NCBI GenBank assembly: GCA_039802265.1
Contig: JBDRWI010000027.1
Location: forward strand, 1 to 28,606
Direction of reading: 5' to 3'
DNA: 28,606 bases
Source of the DNA: a candidate division WOR-3 bacterium
Lineage (GTDB): Bacteria > Hydrothermota > Tepidihabitantia > SM23-42 > JAOAFX01
Shown here: piece by piece, positions 1 to 9,750 of the stretch
Layout of the letters: the number at the start of each line of letters is the position of its first letter
Numbering within the stretch: the first letter of the stretch is position 1
The notes under the pieces: generated by a model
What the model saw: only the letters and a program-made list of their open reading frames with translations
Database searches by the model: none
What the model was told of the DNA's origin: nothing
Made by a program: the position numbers and the translations under genes

Positions 1-697
1 TTAATCCAATCATACCTCTTGAATCCCAGCCCGGTTCGGATTGGTCCTGCCAGCCAAAGAATAACTTTCTTGTTAAATCTATGCCACCACGGTCATTGGG
101 CCACGCCTCATTGCCGATATCATAATCCATACCAATACCGGCGTAGAGATTGTTAATTGTGTGTGTGGTGTCATTTTTAATGATGTATTTCAAAAACAGA
201 ATATCATCTGCCCAATCTTTAGGAAAGGCAAGGGTCCTTAAGGTCACAGTAATGCCAATCGGTCTTGTATCATTGGGGATATGAAAATCTTGGTTAAAGT
301 CATTATAGACGGCATAGCAGTCTTCAACAGAGACCGGAACAAATGGATACCCGAGTTCTGTAGAAAAATAAACCCTCCACTGAGAATTTTCTGGATTTGA
401 ATATGGCAAGCCAGGAGCAAATTCAGTTACTGCGTTACTGGGATTATATCCGACTGTTACAAGTGTATCACCATTTGGAGCAATTGCACCAATCCATATT
501 CCAGCGCCAAATATATAATTGTGTCCTGAACCCCTGGGCCACCAGGCACCAGCATTAACGAATATCGTCTCCCCGAACTTTCCATAATTTGATATACAGA
601 CCTCCCATTGCCCAATATTATTAACTCTTACATCCCAGATTGCCCAGGAGAAATTCAGAAAAATAAAAACTGTGATAGAAACCTTCGCCCTACCCAT
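1..697 (-). CDS. Secreted protein, 5' part only (runs off the window start); FCB/WOR-3-type extracellular protein of unknown function
   Basis: Not in the ORF track because it is truncated. ATG at 697 with SD GGAGG (707-703); frame open to the edge: MGRAKVSITVFIFLNFSWA (signal peptide) then ISNYGKFG...WWPRGSGHNYIFGAGIWIG...DYDIG. Confidence 0.85.
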   Translation of the reverse strand, partial: MGRAKVSITVFIFLNFSWAIWDVRVNNIGQWEVCISNYGKFGETIFVNAGAWWPRGSGHNYIFGAGIWIGAIAPNGDTLVTVGYNPSNAVTEFAPGLPYSNPENSQWRVYFSTELGYPFVPVSVEDCYAVYNDFNQDFHIPNDTRPIGITVTLRTLAFPKDWADDILFLKYIIKNDTTHTINNLYAGIGMDYDIGNEAWPNDRGGIDLTRKLFFGWQDQSEPGWDSRGMIGL

Positions 698-713
698 AGT
701 ATCCTCCATTTAT

Positions 714-741
714 ATTTTAATCATTTTTCAAAATTTGTCAA
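714..741 (-). promoter_or_regulatory. sigma70-type promoter TTGACA-16-TAAAAT for the secreted protein gene
   Basis: -35 at 741-736, -10 at 719-714, just upstream of the SD; back-to-back with the ispD promoter. Confidence 0.7.
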
Positions 742-744
742 TGG

Positions 745-772
745 TTGACTTTTCTATTTTTCTGATTATATT
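745..772 (+). promoter_or_regulatory. sigma70-type promoter TTGACT-16-TATATT; probably leaderless ispD transcript
   Basis: -35 at 745-750, -10 at 767-772, 6 nt then ATG at 779; no SD. Confidence 0.65.
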
Positions 773-778
773 TTTATT

Positions 779-1435
779 ATGAAAGTTTTTGCAGTTATTG
801 CAGCTGGAGGCAAAGGGAGGCGCTTTGGGAAAATGAAGCAATTTGTTAATTTTAAGGAACTTCCTCTTTTAGTGCATACTCTGAAAATATTTGAAAAAAA
901 CAAAAAAATTGATTCAATAATTATTGTAGCGCCTAAAGGTATGCTTAAAAAGACAGAAAAAATTATAAATAATTATGGAATAAAAAAGGTAAAAAGAATC
1001 ATTGCCGGGGGTAGAAGAAGGCAGGATTCGGTCTTAAATGGAATTAAGACAATCGCTGAGAAGAATGCCATTGTCGTAATCCACGATGCGGTCCGTCCAT
1101 TTGTCTCCCAGGACCTCATAAATCGAGGGATTAATCTCTGTAAAAGATACAATGCGGTTATCTTTGGACTTCCAATTTATGATACGGTGAAATTGGTAAA
1201 TAAAAGAAGGGTGGTCAAGACCTTATCAAGGGAATCTCTCTTTGCTATCCAGACACCCCAGTTCTTCAAAATTAATCTGCTTAATAATGCCTACAAAGAA
1301 GTAGATTTCAAAAAGGAATTTACCGACGAATCTGCAGTGCTGGAGCAGGCAGGCTTTCCGGTATATATATTTAAAGGTGAAATAAAAAATATAAAGATTA
1401 CCACAAAGGAAGATTTAAAGTTTAAGGACCTATAA
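779..1435 (+). CDS. ispD: 2-C-methyl-D-erythritol 4-phosphate cytidylyltransferase
   Basis: AAGGKGRRFG-KQF, RQDSV, IHDAVRPF, QTPQ.F, TDE and NIKITT motifs; adjacent to dxr. Confidence 0.95.
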   Translation: MKVFAVIAAGGKGRRFGKMKQFVNFKELPLLVHTLKIFEKNKKIDSIIIVAPKGMLKKTEKIINNYGIKKVKRIIAGGRRRQDSVLNGIKTIAEKNAIVVIHDAVRPFVSQDLINRGINLCKRYNAVIFGLPIYDTVKLVNKRRVVKTLSRESLFAIQTPQFFKINLLNNAYKEVDFKKEFTDESAVLEQAGFPVYIFKGEIKNIKITTKEDLKFKDL

Positions 1436-2629
1436 ATGGTAAAGAGGGTAATCATCTTTGGTTCAACCGGTTCAATCGGTAATAATACGATTGAGGTAAT
1501 TAACAATTTACCTGACTACAAAGTCGTAGCACTGGCTGCATATTCCAATCACAAACTTTTACTGGAACAGGCAATTTCGCTAAGACCGAAAGCCGTAGCA
1601 ATATTTAATGATAAATACTACATATATCTTAAAAGGTCCTTGAGTAGAACAAAGATATTTTGCGGTGAGGATGGTCTATTGGAAATGGTCAAACAAACCG
1701 ATGCCGAAATATTTTTTGCAGCATTTGCCAGTGCCATTGGAATAAAAGCAGTAATTGAGGCAATCAAGAAAAGAATGAGAATCTGCCTCGCGACGAAAGA
1801 AATCCTGGTTAGTTTTGGTGAGATTATAATGGATTTAATAAGAAAATACAAAAGTGAACTCATACCGGTGGATAGTGAGCACTCGGCAATCTATCAGTGT
1901 CTGGAAGGAAGAAGGATTGAGGATGTAGAAACGATTATCTTGACCGCCAGCGGTGGTCCATTTTTGAATAAACCAATAAAAAATGTTACCAAGAGTGATG
2001 TCTTGAATCACCCGGTGTGGAGTATGGGCAAAAAGATAACGGTTGACTCGGCAACAATGATGAATAAAGGGCTTGAGGTCATTGAGGCTTACCATCTCTT
2101 TGGTCTGCCCCCGGAGAAGATAAAGGTCCTGATTCATCCTGAGGCAATATGCCATTCGCTTGTTCAATTTGTTGATGGTTCAATTTTAGCCCAATTATCA
2201 GTTCCGGATATGCGTCTGCCAATTCAATATGCCCTTACGGCGCCCCGTAGAACAGTTTCGCTGGTTAAGAAGTTGAATTTAAGCCGAATTAAAAAACTAA
2301 ATTTCCAAAAACCGAACTATCGAAAATTCCCGGGGCTGAAACTTGCCTATGAGGCATTAAGGATTGGTAAAAGTATGCCAGCGGTTCTCAACGGTGCCAA
2401 CGATGAAGCAGTCCGACAATTTCTCGCTGATAGTATAAAGTTTACCGATATTATAAAAATTATTAAAAAATCAATGGCTGCCCACAATCCCTATCAGGGG
2501 AATATTGAAGATTATCTTTCAGCAGAAAAATGGGCGCGGGAATATGTCCGGGGGTTATGCCAAAAAGAATGCGGCGTTTCCCGAAATTTGGATGGGAAAA
2601 AAGGCTTAAAAAGTAAGGAGGCTTTGTGA
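1436..2629 (+). CDS. dxr: 1-deoxy-D-xylulose 5-phosphate reductoisomerase
   Basis: GSTGSIG, LATKE, PVDSEHSAI, LTASGGPF, HPVWSMGKKITVDSATMMNKGLEVIEA, PDMRLPI. Confidence 0.97.
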   Translation: MVKRVIIFGSTGSIGNNTIEVINNLPDYKVVALAAYSNHKLLLEQAISLRPKAVAIFNDKYYIYLKRSLSRTKIFCGEDGLLEMVKQTDAEIFFAAFASAIGIKAVIEAIKKRMRICLATKEILVSFGEIIMDLIRKYKSELIPVDSEHSAIYQCLEGRRIEDVETIILTASGGPFLNKPIKNVTKSDVLNHPVWSMGKKITVDSATMMNKGLEVIEAYHLFGLPPEKIKVLIHPEAICHSLVQFVDGSILAQLSVPDMRLPIQYALTAPRRTVSLVKKLNLSRIKKLNFQKPNYRKFPGLKLAYEALRIGKSMPAVLNGANDEAVRQFLADSIKFTDIIKIIKKSMAAHNPYQGNIEDYLSAEKWAREYVRGLCQKECGVSRNLDGKKGLKSKEAL

Positions 2630-3939
2630 TATTCATCACCATCATCGCCTTTCTTTTTATTATTGCCTTCTCGGTAACTATCCATGAATTAGGACATTTT
2701 CTCTTAGCAAAGATATTTCACATCCCCGTGGAAAAATTCTCCATCGGTTTTGGTCCTCCCCTTATAAAAAGAAAAATTGGAGAGACCGATTTCCGCATCG
2801 CTTATTTTCCAGTGGGTGGTTATGTCAAAATGGCAGGCGAAGATGAAGGCGAAATGCCATTGCTTAAGAAAAATGAAATCACTGATGAATCACCGCCAAA
2901 TGAAGAGTCCAATTTAGGCTTCTATGATGTCCCAATCCGGCGCCGGATTACGGTCGTCTTGAGTGGACCGGTTTTTAATCTGGCCTCGGCAGTTGTGGTA
3001 CTATTTTTTGTCTATGCCCTTTTTGGGGTCTATGTAAATCCCTATTTGACTATCAAGGTAGATAAAGAAGGCTATGGAGAGATTACCGGCTTTGCAAATG
3101 GTGATTCCCTGATTTCTTTCAATGAGGAGAAATTAGATTCCTGGGATGAATTCAGTGCCCTCCTGAAGAAAAATATCGGTAAGAACGCAAAAGTTACCCT
3201 CAAAAGAAATGACCGGATAATAGAAATAAATCTCCCTGTTCAGAGTGACTCCATAGGCATCTATTCAAAAATACCGCCTATGCTTGGTTCGGTAAAGATT
3301 GGCGGTCCGGCCGACCGTGCCGGAATGAAACCAAAGGACAGGATATTGAAGATTAATGGTGAAGATGTCTATGATTGGGAAGATTTTGTTAATCGTGTTC
3401 GCAGTTCAAGGAATATACCGCTTTCTTTTGTCTGGGAACATGAAGGTGAAATAAAAGAAGCAATAATCACCCCTCTCCCCTACTACGACCCGATTCTCAA
3501 AGATACAATAGGACAGATCGGGGTTATGATACATATGACTCGGACTTATATCCCTCTTTATAAAGCAGGAATAATGGCAGTCAAAAGAGCCGGTGAAATT
3601 ATCTATCTGACCTTAAAGACCTTTTATCAACTTTTGGCTGGAAAGATTTCAAGAAAGGCACTGGGCGGTCCAATTGCAATTGCCCAGCTCAGTGGTGAAT
3701 CAGCACGCTGGGGATTTGAAAATCTTTTAGGACTTTTGAGTATTATATCAATTAATCTCGGACTGGTAAATCTCTTCCCGATTCCTGGGCTTGATGGCGG
3801 GCACATAATTATTGCCCTCATTGAAGGCATAAGAAAAAAAAGATTCACGCGCAAGACAAGAATCATCATCCAGCAGGTGGGCTATACAATCCTCCTCTTA
3901 CTCATTATCTATGTAACATTCAATGACCTGACGCGATGA
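2626..3939 (+). CDS. rseP: RIP (site-2) metalloprotease RseP with two PDZ domains
   Basis: HELGH, FSIGFGP, GGYVKM, GPVFN, PDZ repeats, NLFPIPGLDGGH; GTG start overlapping the dxr stop with SD AAGGAGG; conserved dxr-rseP synteny. Confidence 0.95.
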   Translation: MIFITIIAFLFIIAFSVTIHELGHFLLAKIFHIPVEKFSIGFGPPLIKRKIGETDFRIAYFPVGGYVKMAGEDEGEMPLLKKNEITDESPPNEESNLGFYDVPIRRRITVVLSGPVFNLASAVVVLFFVYALFGVYVNPYLTIKVDKEGYGEITGFANGDSLISFNEEKLDSWDEFSALLKKNIGKNAKVTLKRNDRIIEINLPVQSDSIGIYSKIPPMLGSVKIGGPADRAGMKPKDRILKINGEDVYDWEDFVNRVRSSRNIPLSFVWEHEGEIKEAIITPLPYYDPILKDTIGQIGVMIHMTRTYIPLYKAGIMAVKRAGEIIYLTLKTFYQLLAGKISRKALGGPIAIAQLSGESARWGFENLLGLLSIISINLGLVNLFPIPGLDGGHIIIALIEGIRKKRFTRKTRIIIQQVGYTILLLLIIYVTFNDLTR

Positions 3940-5243
3940 AAATCCTCTTTTACTTTCCGGTATCAGCCCCCCGAAGATATGAGCCACTCACTGCAATCAA
4001 GGGAAGTGCCTTCTTCAGAAGACCAAACTATGATGCAATGCGCCTCTCTTATTTATCGCAGGGGCACGAATTTTATTATTATGATGAGCGAATTGAACCA
4101 AAACCAGAATTTTTACCGGATGTGCTGGTTGTTAATACCCCCTTGAATCTTGCCCACTATGTTGCCTCCACAATCAACAAAGAATGGAACAGAAGTATTA
4201 GAACCATCGGTTATGGAATCTATCCAACACTCTATCCCAATGAGGCAAAAAAGATATTCAATGTGGTGGTTAGAGGCGACATAGTCCCCCTGTGGCCGAC
4301 TATCCTTGATGACCTGACAAAAGGTAAGACGCCATCGGTCTATGAAAGTAATCTACCTTTATCGCAATTCAATTTGAATCGGGATGCCGAAAACAGGTAC
4401 GGATTTACACCACTAATCTCCCAGCTGCGCACCCAATTTGGGTGTCAATGTGCTAAAAAATTTAAGGATTACTGCTACGAAAGTATCTATTACAATTCAA
4501 TCCACCGGTGGGAACCGAAAGAAGTAGCCCGGGAGGTCTTAAAAATCACCCGAAAGGTAATTTATATTATGGATGACGACTTTCTTGATGATATTGATTA
4601 TGCTATGGAAATACTTGACCGATGCTGGTACTACAAAAAGATGTGGATATTTCAAACAAAAGGCACTATATTTAGAAACCCAAAACTTTTCCCAAAAATA
4701 AGAGAAAACGGAGTTAGGATAATCTATCTAAAAGAAGACTGGCTCGGCGATGAACTTACAAAAAAAATATATGAAAAAGAATTTGTTAAAGAAAAAGAAC
4801 ACGAGGTAAGTATGGTACACGGACACAGAATTGCCATGGGTGCCAAGATTCTTTTAGGCTTTGAAGGCGAAAACCAGCAATTCTATCGTGATTTAATAAA
4901 ATTTTTGGTTAAGTTAAAACTGGATTTTATTGAAGTATCAGCCCAGACACCCCTACCTTTCACTGAAACTTATAACAGGTATGAAAGGAACGAACGAATC
5001 TTAAAGTATTTATCCCTGTATGACCGATGGATGCCGGTGGTAAAACTTGATTATGTAAACCAGAATGACTTATATTCATGGATGGAATTATTAAGGGATA
5101 GTTTCTATTCCTGGGATTCAATCATTCGTCGGATGATGTTTGCAATTCAAAAATTTGGAATTTATAATACATTATTTTTCTACTTAATTCCCAATCTTTC
5201 ATACCGGGAGAATTTTTTGGAAAAGGTCGGCTATCCACCATGA
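3936..5243 (+). CDS. Degenerate B12-binding/radical-SAM-fold protein (non-canonical CxCx7C)
   Basis: Collinear with the canonical enzyme at 20077-21429 (DER/DEQ, GIYPTLYPNEA/GIHASVLPDEA, DDDF/DDNV, TPLPFT/TPYPGT), but the cysteine motif is GCQCAKKFKDYC; ATGA overlap with rseP. Confidence 0.75.
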   Translation: MKILFYFPVSAPRRYEPLTAIKGSAFFRRPNYDAMRLSYLSQGHEFYYYDERIEPKPEFLPDVLVVNTPLNLAHYVASTINKEWNRSIRTIGYGIYPTLYPNEAKKIFNVVVRGDIVPLWPTILDDLTKGKTPSVYESNLPLSQFNLNRDAENRYGFTPLISQLRTQFGCQCAKKFKDYCYESIYYNSIHRWEPKEVAREVLKITRKVIYIMDDDFLDDIDYAMEILDRCWYYKKMWIFQTKGTIFRNPKLFPKIRENGVRIIYLKEDWLGDELTKKIYEKEFVKEKEHEVSMVHGHRIAMGAKILLGFEGENQQFYRDLIKFLVKLKLDFIEVSAQTPLPFTETYNRYERNERILKYLSLYDRWMPVVKLDYVNQNDLYSWMELLRDSFYSWDSIIRRMMFAIQKFGIYNTLFFYLIPNLSYRENFLEKVGYPP

Positions 5244-6184
5244 TATATCAACTACTTTATATTACCTTGAATTTTAGTTTTAATGCAGTATCAACGCTTG
5301 AGAATGCCCACTCTTCATCCAATCCCGCATTTACTTCTTATTTGAGTAATTATGAATTATACCTTGCTCACAAAGACCTCGGTGAAATAAATTATTTCAA
5401 TTTCTCAACACGGCTCAGAAAAATAGGCATAGGATTTTCGAGTTCTACAAAAGAAGATATCAACACAATTGAAAAGAAAACCTGGATAAGTAATTCATTC
5501 CATTTTAACCTGCCCGTATCCTTGGGTACTAATTGTGGAATCATTAAAAATTCTAATCAGATTGGTGCCCTCTTTGATTTCGGCATCTGGGTAAGATATT
5601 TTTTAAATATTGGTATTTGCTACTATAATCTGTTTGCTGAAGAAAGATCCCTACGCACCGGAATCTCTTATCCTTATCGCGCCTTTGAAGCAACCATTGA
5701 ACTTCAAAGTAAATTTCAAACACGGGAGATTATCACCCATTTCTTGCTTGACTTTAAAAAGCAATTAGGTAGGGTACAGCTCGGAATGGGTTTTGGATAC
5801 CATCCCAAAAGATTTGTGAGCAAATATGAAATCACATTAAATGACTTCATAAATTGTACCCTCTATCTTGAGGAAGAACCATCTTTAATACTTAAAATCT
5901 ACTTCAGCCCGCCGGTAATTGTAAAAGAGGTTACTGTCGTCGAAACTTTGATGGTGGAAAAACCACTGGTCGTTAAGAAAACGAAAAAATATGAATTAAC
6001 CCAGGAAAAATTAAACTATTGTGAGATGCACTACCGCGCCGGAATTGAATATTACCTAAAAAACGAATTAAAAAAGGCAATTCAAGAATGGAATCTGGTT
6101 GTAAATGTATATCCAGAATATAAAGATGTCGCGCGGTATCTTGATACAGCAAAAAAGAAATTGGCGCTATTAGAAGAAAAATAA
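5240..6184 (+). CDS. Hypothetical protein: possible PorV/PorQ-like beta-barrel N-terminus plus C-terminal TPR
   Basis: N-terminal NPA motif followed by alternating amphipathic beta strands; C-terminal HYRAGIEYYLKNELKKAIQEWNLVVNVYPEYKDV is TPR-like; ATGA overlap. Confidence 0.5.
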   Translation: MIYQLLYITLNFSFNAVSTLENAHSSSNPAFTSYLSNYELYLAHKDLGEINYFNFSTRLRKIGIGFSSSTKEDINTIEKKTWISNSFHFNLPVSLGTNCGIIKNSNQIGALFDFGIWVRYFLNIGICYYNLFAEERSLRTGISYPYRAFEATIELQSKFQTREIITHFLLDFKKQLGRVQLGMGFGYHPKRFVSKYEITLNDFINCTLYLEEEPSLILKIYFSPPVIVKEVTVVETLMVEKPLVVKKTKKYELTQEKLNYCEMHYRAGIEYYLKNELKKAIQEWNLVVNVYPEYKDVARYLDTAKKKLALLEEK

Positions 6185-6189
6185 TTTAT

Positions 6190-7038
6190 TTAACCTTTGG
6201 GAAGAGTATTTGTCTGTAAATTTTTTAATTCCTTGAGTTTTTGAAGGTCCTCAATCCGACATCCACATTCACCGATACCGGTGTAACCCCTTGGATAGCC
6301 ATGAAAATCGGACCCACCGGTCAGAATGAGTCCATTCTTCATACCAATTTCATAGAATTCATCCACCTGTCTTCTTGTATGTTCAGGATGCCAGACCTCA
6401 ATTCCTAATATACCCTCATTTATTAAACTATAGATTATATTAGCACTTCCGTTAATTGTTCCGGGATGAGCAAGGACCGGGATTCCCTTGCATTCTTTGA
6501 TCTTTTTAATAACCTCTTTGGGTTTTACCTCCTTCTTTGGAACATAATAGGGTGAGTGATAACCAAGGTATTTGATAAATGCCTCCCCCATTGAAGCAAC
6601 ATATCCATTCTCTACCAAAATTTCGGCAATATGTGGCCTTCCCAGTGCACTCTCTGAGGCAATCTCCTTTATCCTTTGAAAATCAATCTTTATTCCATCA
6701 ACTGAGAGTCTTTTTATTATCTCCTTTACGCGTCGCTCACGAAATTGTCGAAAATCCTCAAGGTATGAAGATAGCACCGCTGAATGATGGTCAATATAAT
6801 AACCGATGATATGAATATCAACATTACCGATATTGGAGCTCATCTCCACCGCCGGGATGACCTCGATTCTACCGTCTGCTGTAGCAAGTGCAATGTCAAC
6901 ACCAGAAACCGAATCATGGTCGGCTATTGCAATTGACTTTAAACCCGCTTCAATGGAAACCTCTACAATCTCCTCGGGTGTATATAATCCATCAGAGAAT
7001 TTTGAGTGAATATGGAGGTCTATTTTATTGGATGTCAA
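6190..7038 (-). CDS. PHP-domain phosphoesterase (TrpH/YciV-like)
   Basis: DLHIHSKFSDG, IADHD, VEMS, HIIGY, GRPHIA, LAHP, GIEVWH, TGGSDFHG. Confidence 0.9.
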   Translation of the reverse strand: MTSNKIDLHIHSKFSDGLYTPEEIVEVSIEAGLKSIAIADHDSVSGVDIALATADGRIEVIPAVEMSSNIGNVDIHIIGYYIDHHSAVLSSYLEDFRQFRERRVKEIIKRLSVDGIKIDFQRIKEIASESALGRPHIAEILVENGYVASMGEAFIKYLGYHSPYYVPKKEVKPKEVIKKIKECKGIPVLAHPGTINGSANIIYSLINEGILGIEVWHPEHTRRQVDEFYEIGMKNGLILTGGSDFHGYPRGYTGIGECGCRIEDLQKLKELKNLQTNTLPKG

Positions 7039-7059
7039 AAGTGGGTTAATGATAAATTA

Positions 7060-7872
7060 TTAAACAAGCCCCAAATCATGACAGACATCGGCAATTATCT
7101 TTTCATCTACCAGTTCCTTCTTTAACAAAAATCCTTCAAGCAGGGCGTTATCACAAATTGCATTGATATTTCTCGGTATCCCCTTTGAAAACTGGTATAT
7201 CGCCTTCATCGCACCACCCGTAAATAGCGGTCTTGCACAACCAGCAACCCTCAGTCGATGGACGATATAATTCTGGGTTGTTTCCTGGTCCAGTGGCTCA
7301 AGAACACAGCGTACCGCAATACGCTGATACAGCGGCGGGTCCAGCTTCAAATAATCTTCCATCTCTGGTAGACCAAAAAGAATAAAATTCAAGAGTTTAC
7401 CGTGCTCTGATTCAAGATTGAGTAGACCCCTTATCTCTTCCATCAGATCTTTCCGCTGGAGCATATTTGCCTCGTCAATTAATATAACGACTTTTTTATT
7501 TTTTGATGTCAAATCAAGGAGACGATGATAAACTGCAGTGATAATATCAATCTTATTTTCTGATTCAGAAGGTGCCTCTAACATCAAGGCAATCTTTTTC
7601 AAAAACCACAGCGAGGTAATCTCTGAGTGAATAATAACTAAAAGTGTCGCCTCAACACCATTATTAATCAACTGATCCAGGAGGCGCCGTGAGAGTGTGG
7701 TCTTACCCGTGCCTATATCACCGATCAGTAGGGCCAGCCCTTTTTCGGTTTCAACTGCATGGGTTAGTTTCACCAGTGCCTTTGAATGTTGTGGTGAATT
7801 ATAGTAAAACTTCTCATCAGTGGTGAAACCAAATGGATGTTCTTTTAATTTATAAAAACTCTCATATCCCAT
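7060..7872 (-). CDS. ExeA/GspA-like AAA ATPase (copy 2)
   Basis: Y..FY.L...PF N-terminus, Walker A GDIGTGKT, Walker B LIDEAN, GIPRNINAICDNALL; start moved to ATG 7872 because of the GGTGGAG SD. Confidence 0.9.
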   Translation of the reverse strand: MGYESFYKLKEHPFGFTTDEKFYYNSPQHSKALVKLTHAVETEKGLALLIGDIGTGKTTLSRRLLDQLINNGVEATLLVIIHSEITSLWFLKKIALMLEAPSESENKIDIITAVYHRLLDLTSKNKKVVILIDEANMLQRKDLMEEIRGLLNLESEHGKLLNFILFGLPEMEDYLKLDPPLYQRIAVRCVLEPLDQETTQNYIVHRLRVAGCARPLFTGGAMKAIYQFSKGIPRNINAICDNALLEGFLLKKELVDEKIIADVCHDLGLV

Positions 7873-7944
7873 ATCTACTCCACCAACATTTAGCAAATTC
7901 TAATTTAAAAATCTGGAATTTTAAACTTAATCTAATTTTACAAA

Positions 7945-9750
7945 TCATAGGTATGTTACCTTTGATTTCTTAGGGGGTGTTTTTTCCGTTACAACTTCTT
8001 TTATTTCTTCCGGTGCCTTGGGCGGCGCGGGTTTGGCTCTTTTCTTCAAATCTTCTGTCAATTTTTGTTTCAGTTCTGTTATCTTTTTTGCTAAATCAGG
8101 AACTGTCTTATCAATATTTGCGGCATTGACATATGACTTGATTGCTAAAGAAAGATTATTCTGCATTTCGTAAATATTTCCTAAAAGGAAGTGAATACCG
8201 AAATACTCACTGGCAGGATGTCCGGTGAAGGTAAGGGCTTGATTCAAGACCTTAATTGCCTCATCAAGTTTTCCTTTATCAATAAGACATGACCCAATCA
8301 TTTCATACGCCTTGAGTTTGAGACCTTCGTCTTTTGAGGCAATCTCAAATTCTTCTATCGCTTCCTGGTACAAACCCATGCCCTTGTATGCCACACCGAG
8401 GTCGTAATGGGAACGGTAGTCTCCCTCACCTATTGATTCAAAGACCTCTTTTTTGAATTCCGAGATAAGTTTATCAATGCTCTGCAATCCCTCGGTTTTT
8501 TTATCTCCCTCAAGTTCTGTCATAAGGATAGCCCCGAGGTCAATGAACCCTTTGGATTGGGTTGCCTCTTCAACCATTTTTAACGCAGTAACATTGTTGG
8601 GGTCCAATTCCAATACCTTTCTAAAGAGTGATTGTGCCTCAGTCTTTGCCTCCCGCCGATTCAATGCGTTTGCCAGTTCAATCATTGCATCAATCTCCAT
8701 TTCTTTATTACCAGCCAGACGCGCAATTTCAACGAGGTACTGTCGCGATTTCAAATCAAGCGGTCTCAACTCTGCAATTTTCTTATTTAAAATAATTGCC
8801 TTTTCATAATTCTTTTCTTTATACGCCAGTGATGCGGCATTGCGAAAACAGTTGATTGCCTCTTCCTCTTCTCCCAAGTTTAGATAGACCTCACCCAGAT
8901 CCTGAAGTGTCACAATCTCTGAGACCTCTTCTTTTTCCTTAACCCCAACAATCTCCTCAACCACCTCTTTCTTTTCGGGTTCTTCTTCTTTCTGTAATAA
9001 CCTTGCCACCTCAGGCGATACAAGGTCATCAATAGTAATCTCATCTTTCGGTGTTTCCTTTTGTGCTACCTCTTTAATCTCTTCCACCTTGGGGGTCGCA
9101 ACTGGTGGCGCCTCGGCAATCTTTTCCTCTTTTGAGACCTCAACCGGTGGCGCCTCGGCAATCTTTTCAGCAGACTGGGACACCAAAGACTCTTTCAACT
9201 CCTTCTGCTTTGTCTCAATGATCTCTGCCTCTTTCCGCAATCCGGCACTCTCTTCCTTCTTTCCGAACCTCTCAAATATTGCTGAAACCGTCTGGAGAAT
9301 CCGGGGATTATTGGGCACGAGGTCCTTTATCGCCTCATAGGTCTTGAGTGCAGTCTCGGTCTCATTCGCCTTCAGTTTTCGCTCCGCATACTCAAGTAAA
9401 CAATTTGCCGCCTCAACCAACTGTCCTATTTCCTTATGCAGCTCACCAAGCACGCCATAAATTTCGGTGCGTTCCTTATCAAGGCGCAAAATCTTCTTGC
9501 AAAGCGCAATGGCATTGGAGTAAAATGTTTCCTCCTTGAGGACATAAACACCCTTTTCATAAACCTCCAGAGCCTCTTGCTGGCGGTTCAGTTTCATATA
9601 TAAGTCGCCTAATTTGTTGTATAGCGAACCTTCCTTAGGGAAATCCTGAATTGCCTTTTGCAGTTCACTGATTGCCTTATTTATCTCACCTTTTGACTCT
9701 AATTCGGCAACCATTCTTTTTATTGCACCAAGGTCAGCCATATTATTCAA
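7945..9750 (-). CDS. Large cytoplasmic TPR protein with acidic/proline linker and C-terminal SHYDLGVAYKGMGL TPR module (SgmX-like architecture)
   Basis: Many TPR repeats, E/P/K-rich linker, no signal peptide; true start may be an ATG a few codons later. Confidence 0.8.
   Translation of the reverse strand: MNNMADLGAIKRMVAELESKGEINKAISELQKAIQDFPKEGSLYNKLGDLYMKLNRQQEALEVYEKGVYVLKEETFYSNAIALCKKILRLDKERTEIYGVLGELHKEIGQLVEAANCLLEYAERKLKANETETALKTYEAIKDLVPNNPRILQTVSAIFERFGKKEESAGLRKEAEIIETKQKELKESLVSQSAEKIAEAPPVEVSKEEKIAEAPPVATPKVEEIKEVAQKETPKDEITIDDLVSPEVARLLQKEEEPEKKEVVEEIVGVKEKEEVSEIVTLQDLGEVYLNLGEEEEAINCFRNAASLAYKEKNYEKAIILNKKIAELRPLDLKSRQYLVEIARLAGNKEMEIDAMIELANALNRREAKTEAQSLFRKVLELDPNNVTALKMVEEATQSKGFIDLGAILMTELEGDKKTEGLQSIDKLISEFKKEVFESIGEGDYRSHYDLGVAYKGMGLYQEAIEEFEIASKDEGLKLKAYEMIGSCLIDKGKLDEAIKVLNQALTFTGHPASEYFGIHFLLGNIYEMQNNLSLAIKSYVNAANIDKTVPDLAKKITELKQKLTEDLKKRAKPAPPKAPEEIKEVVTEKTPPKKSKVTYL
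9099..9168. repeat. 28-nt direct repeat with 42-nt period encoding EKIAEAPPV twice
   Basis: caactggtggcgcctcggcaatcttttc (9099-9126) versus caaccggtggcgcctcggcaatcttttc (9141-9168), one mismatch. Confidence 0.9.

Noticed and set aside
2550..2629. Dxr C-terminal extension with a small tttccc...gggaaa inverted repeat
   Set aside because: Only a 6-bp stem; the extension is explained by overlap with the rseP start.
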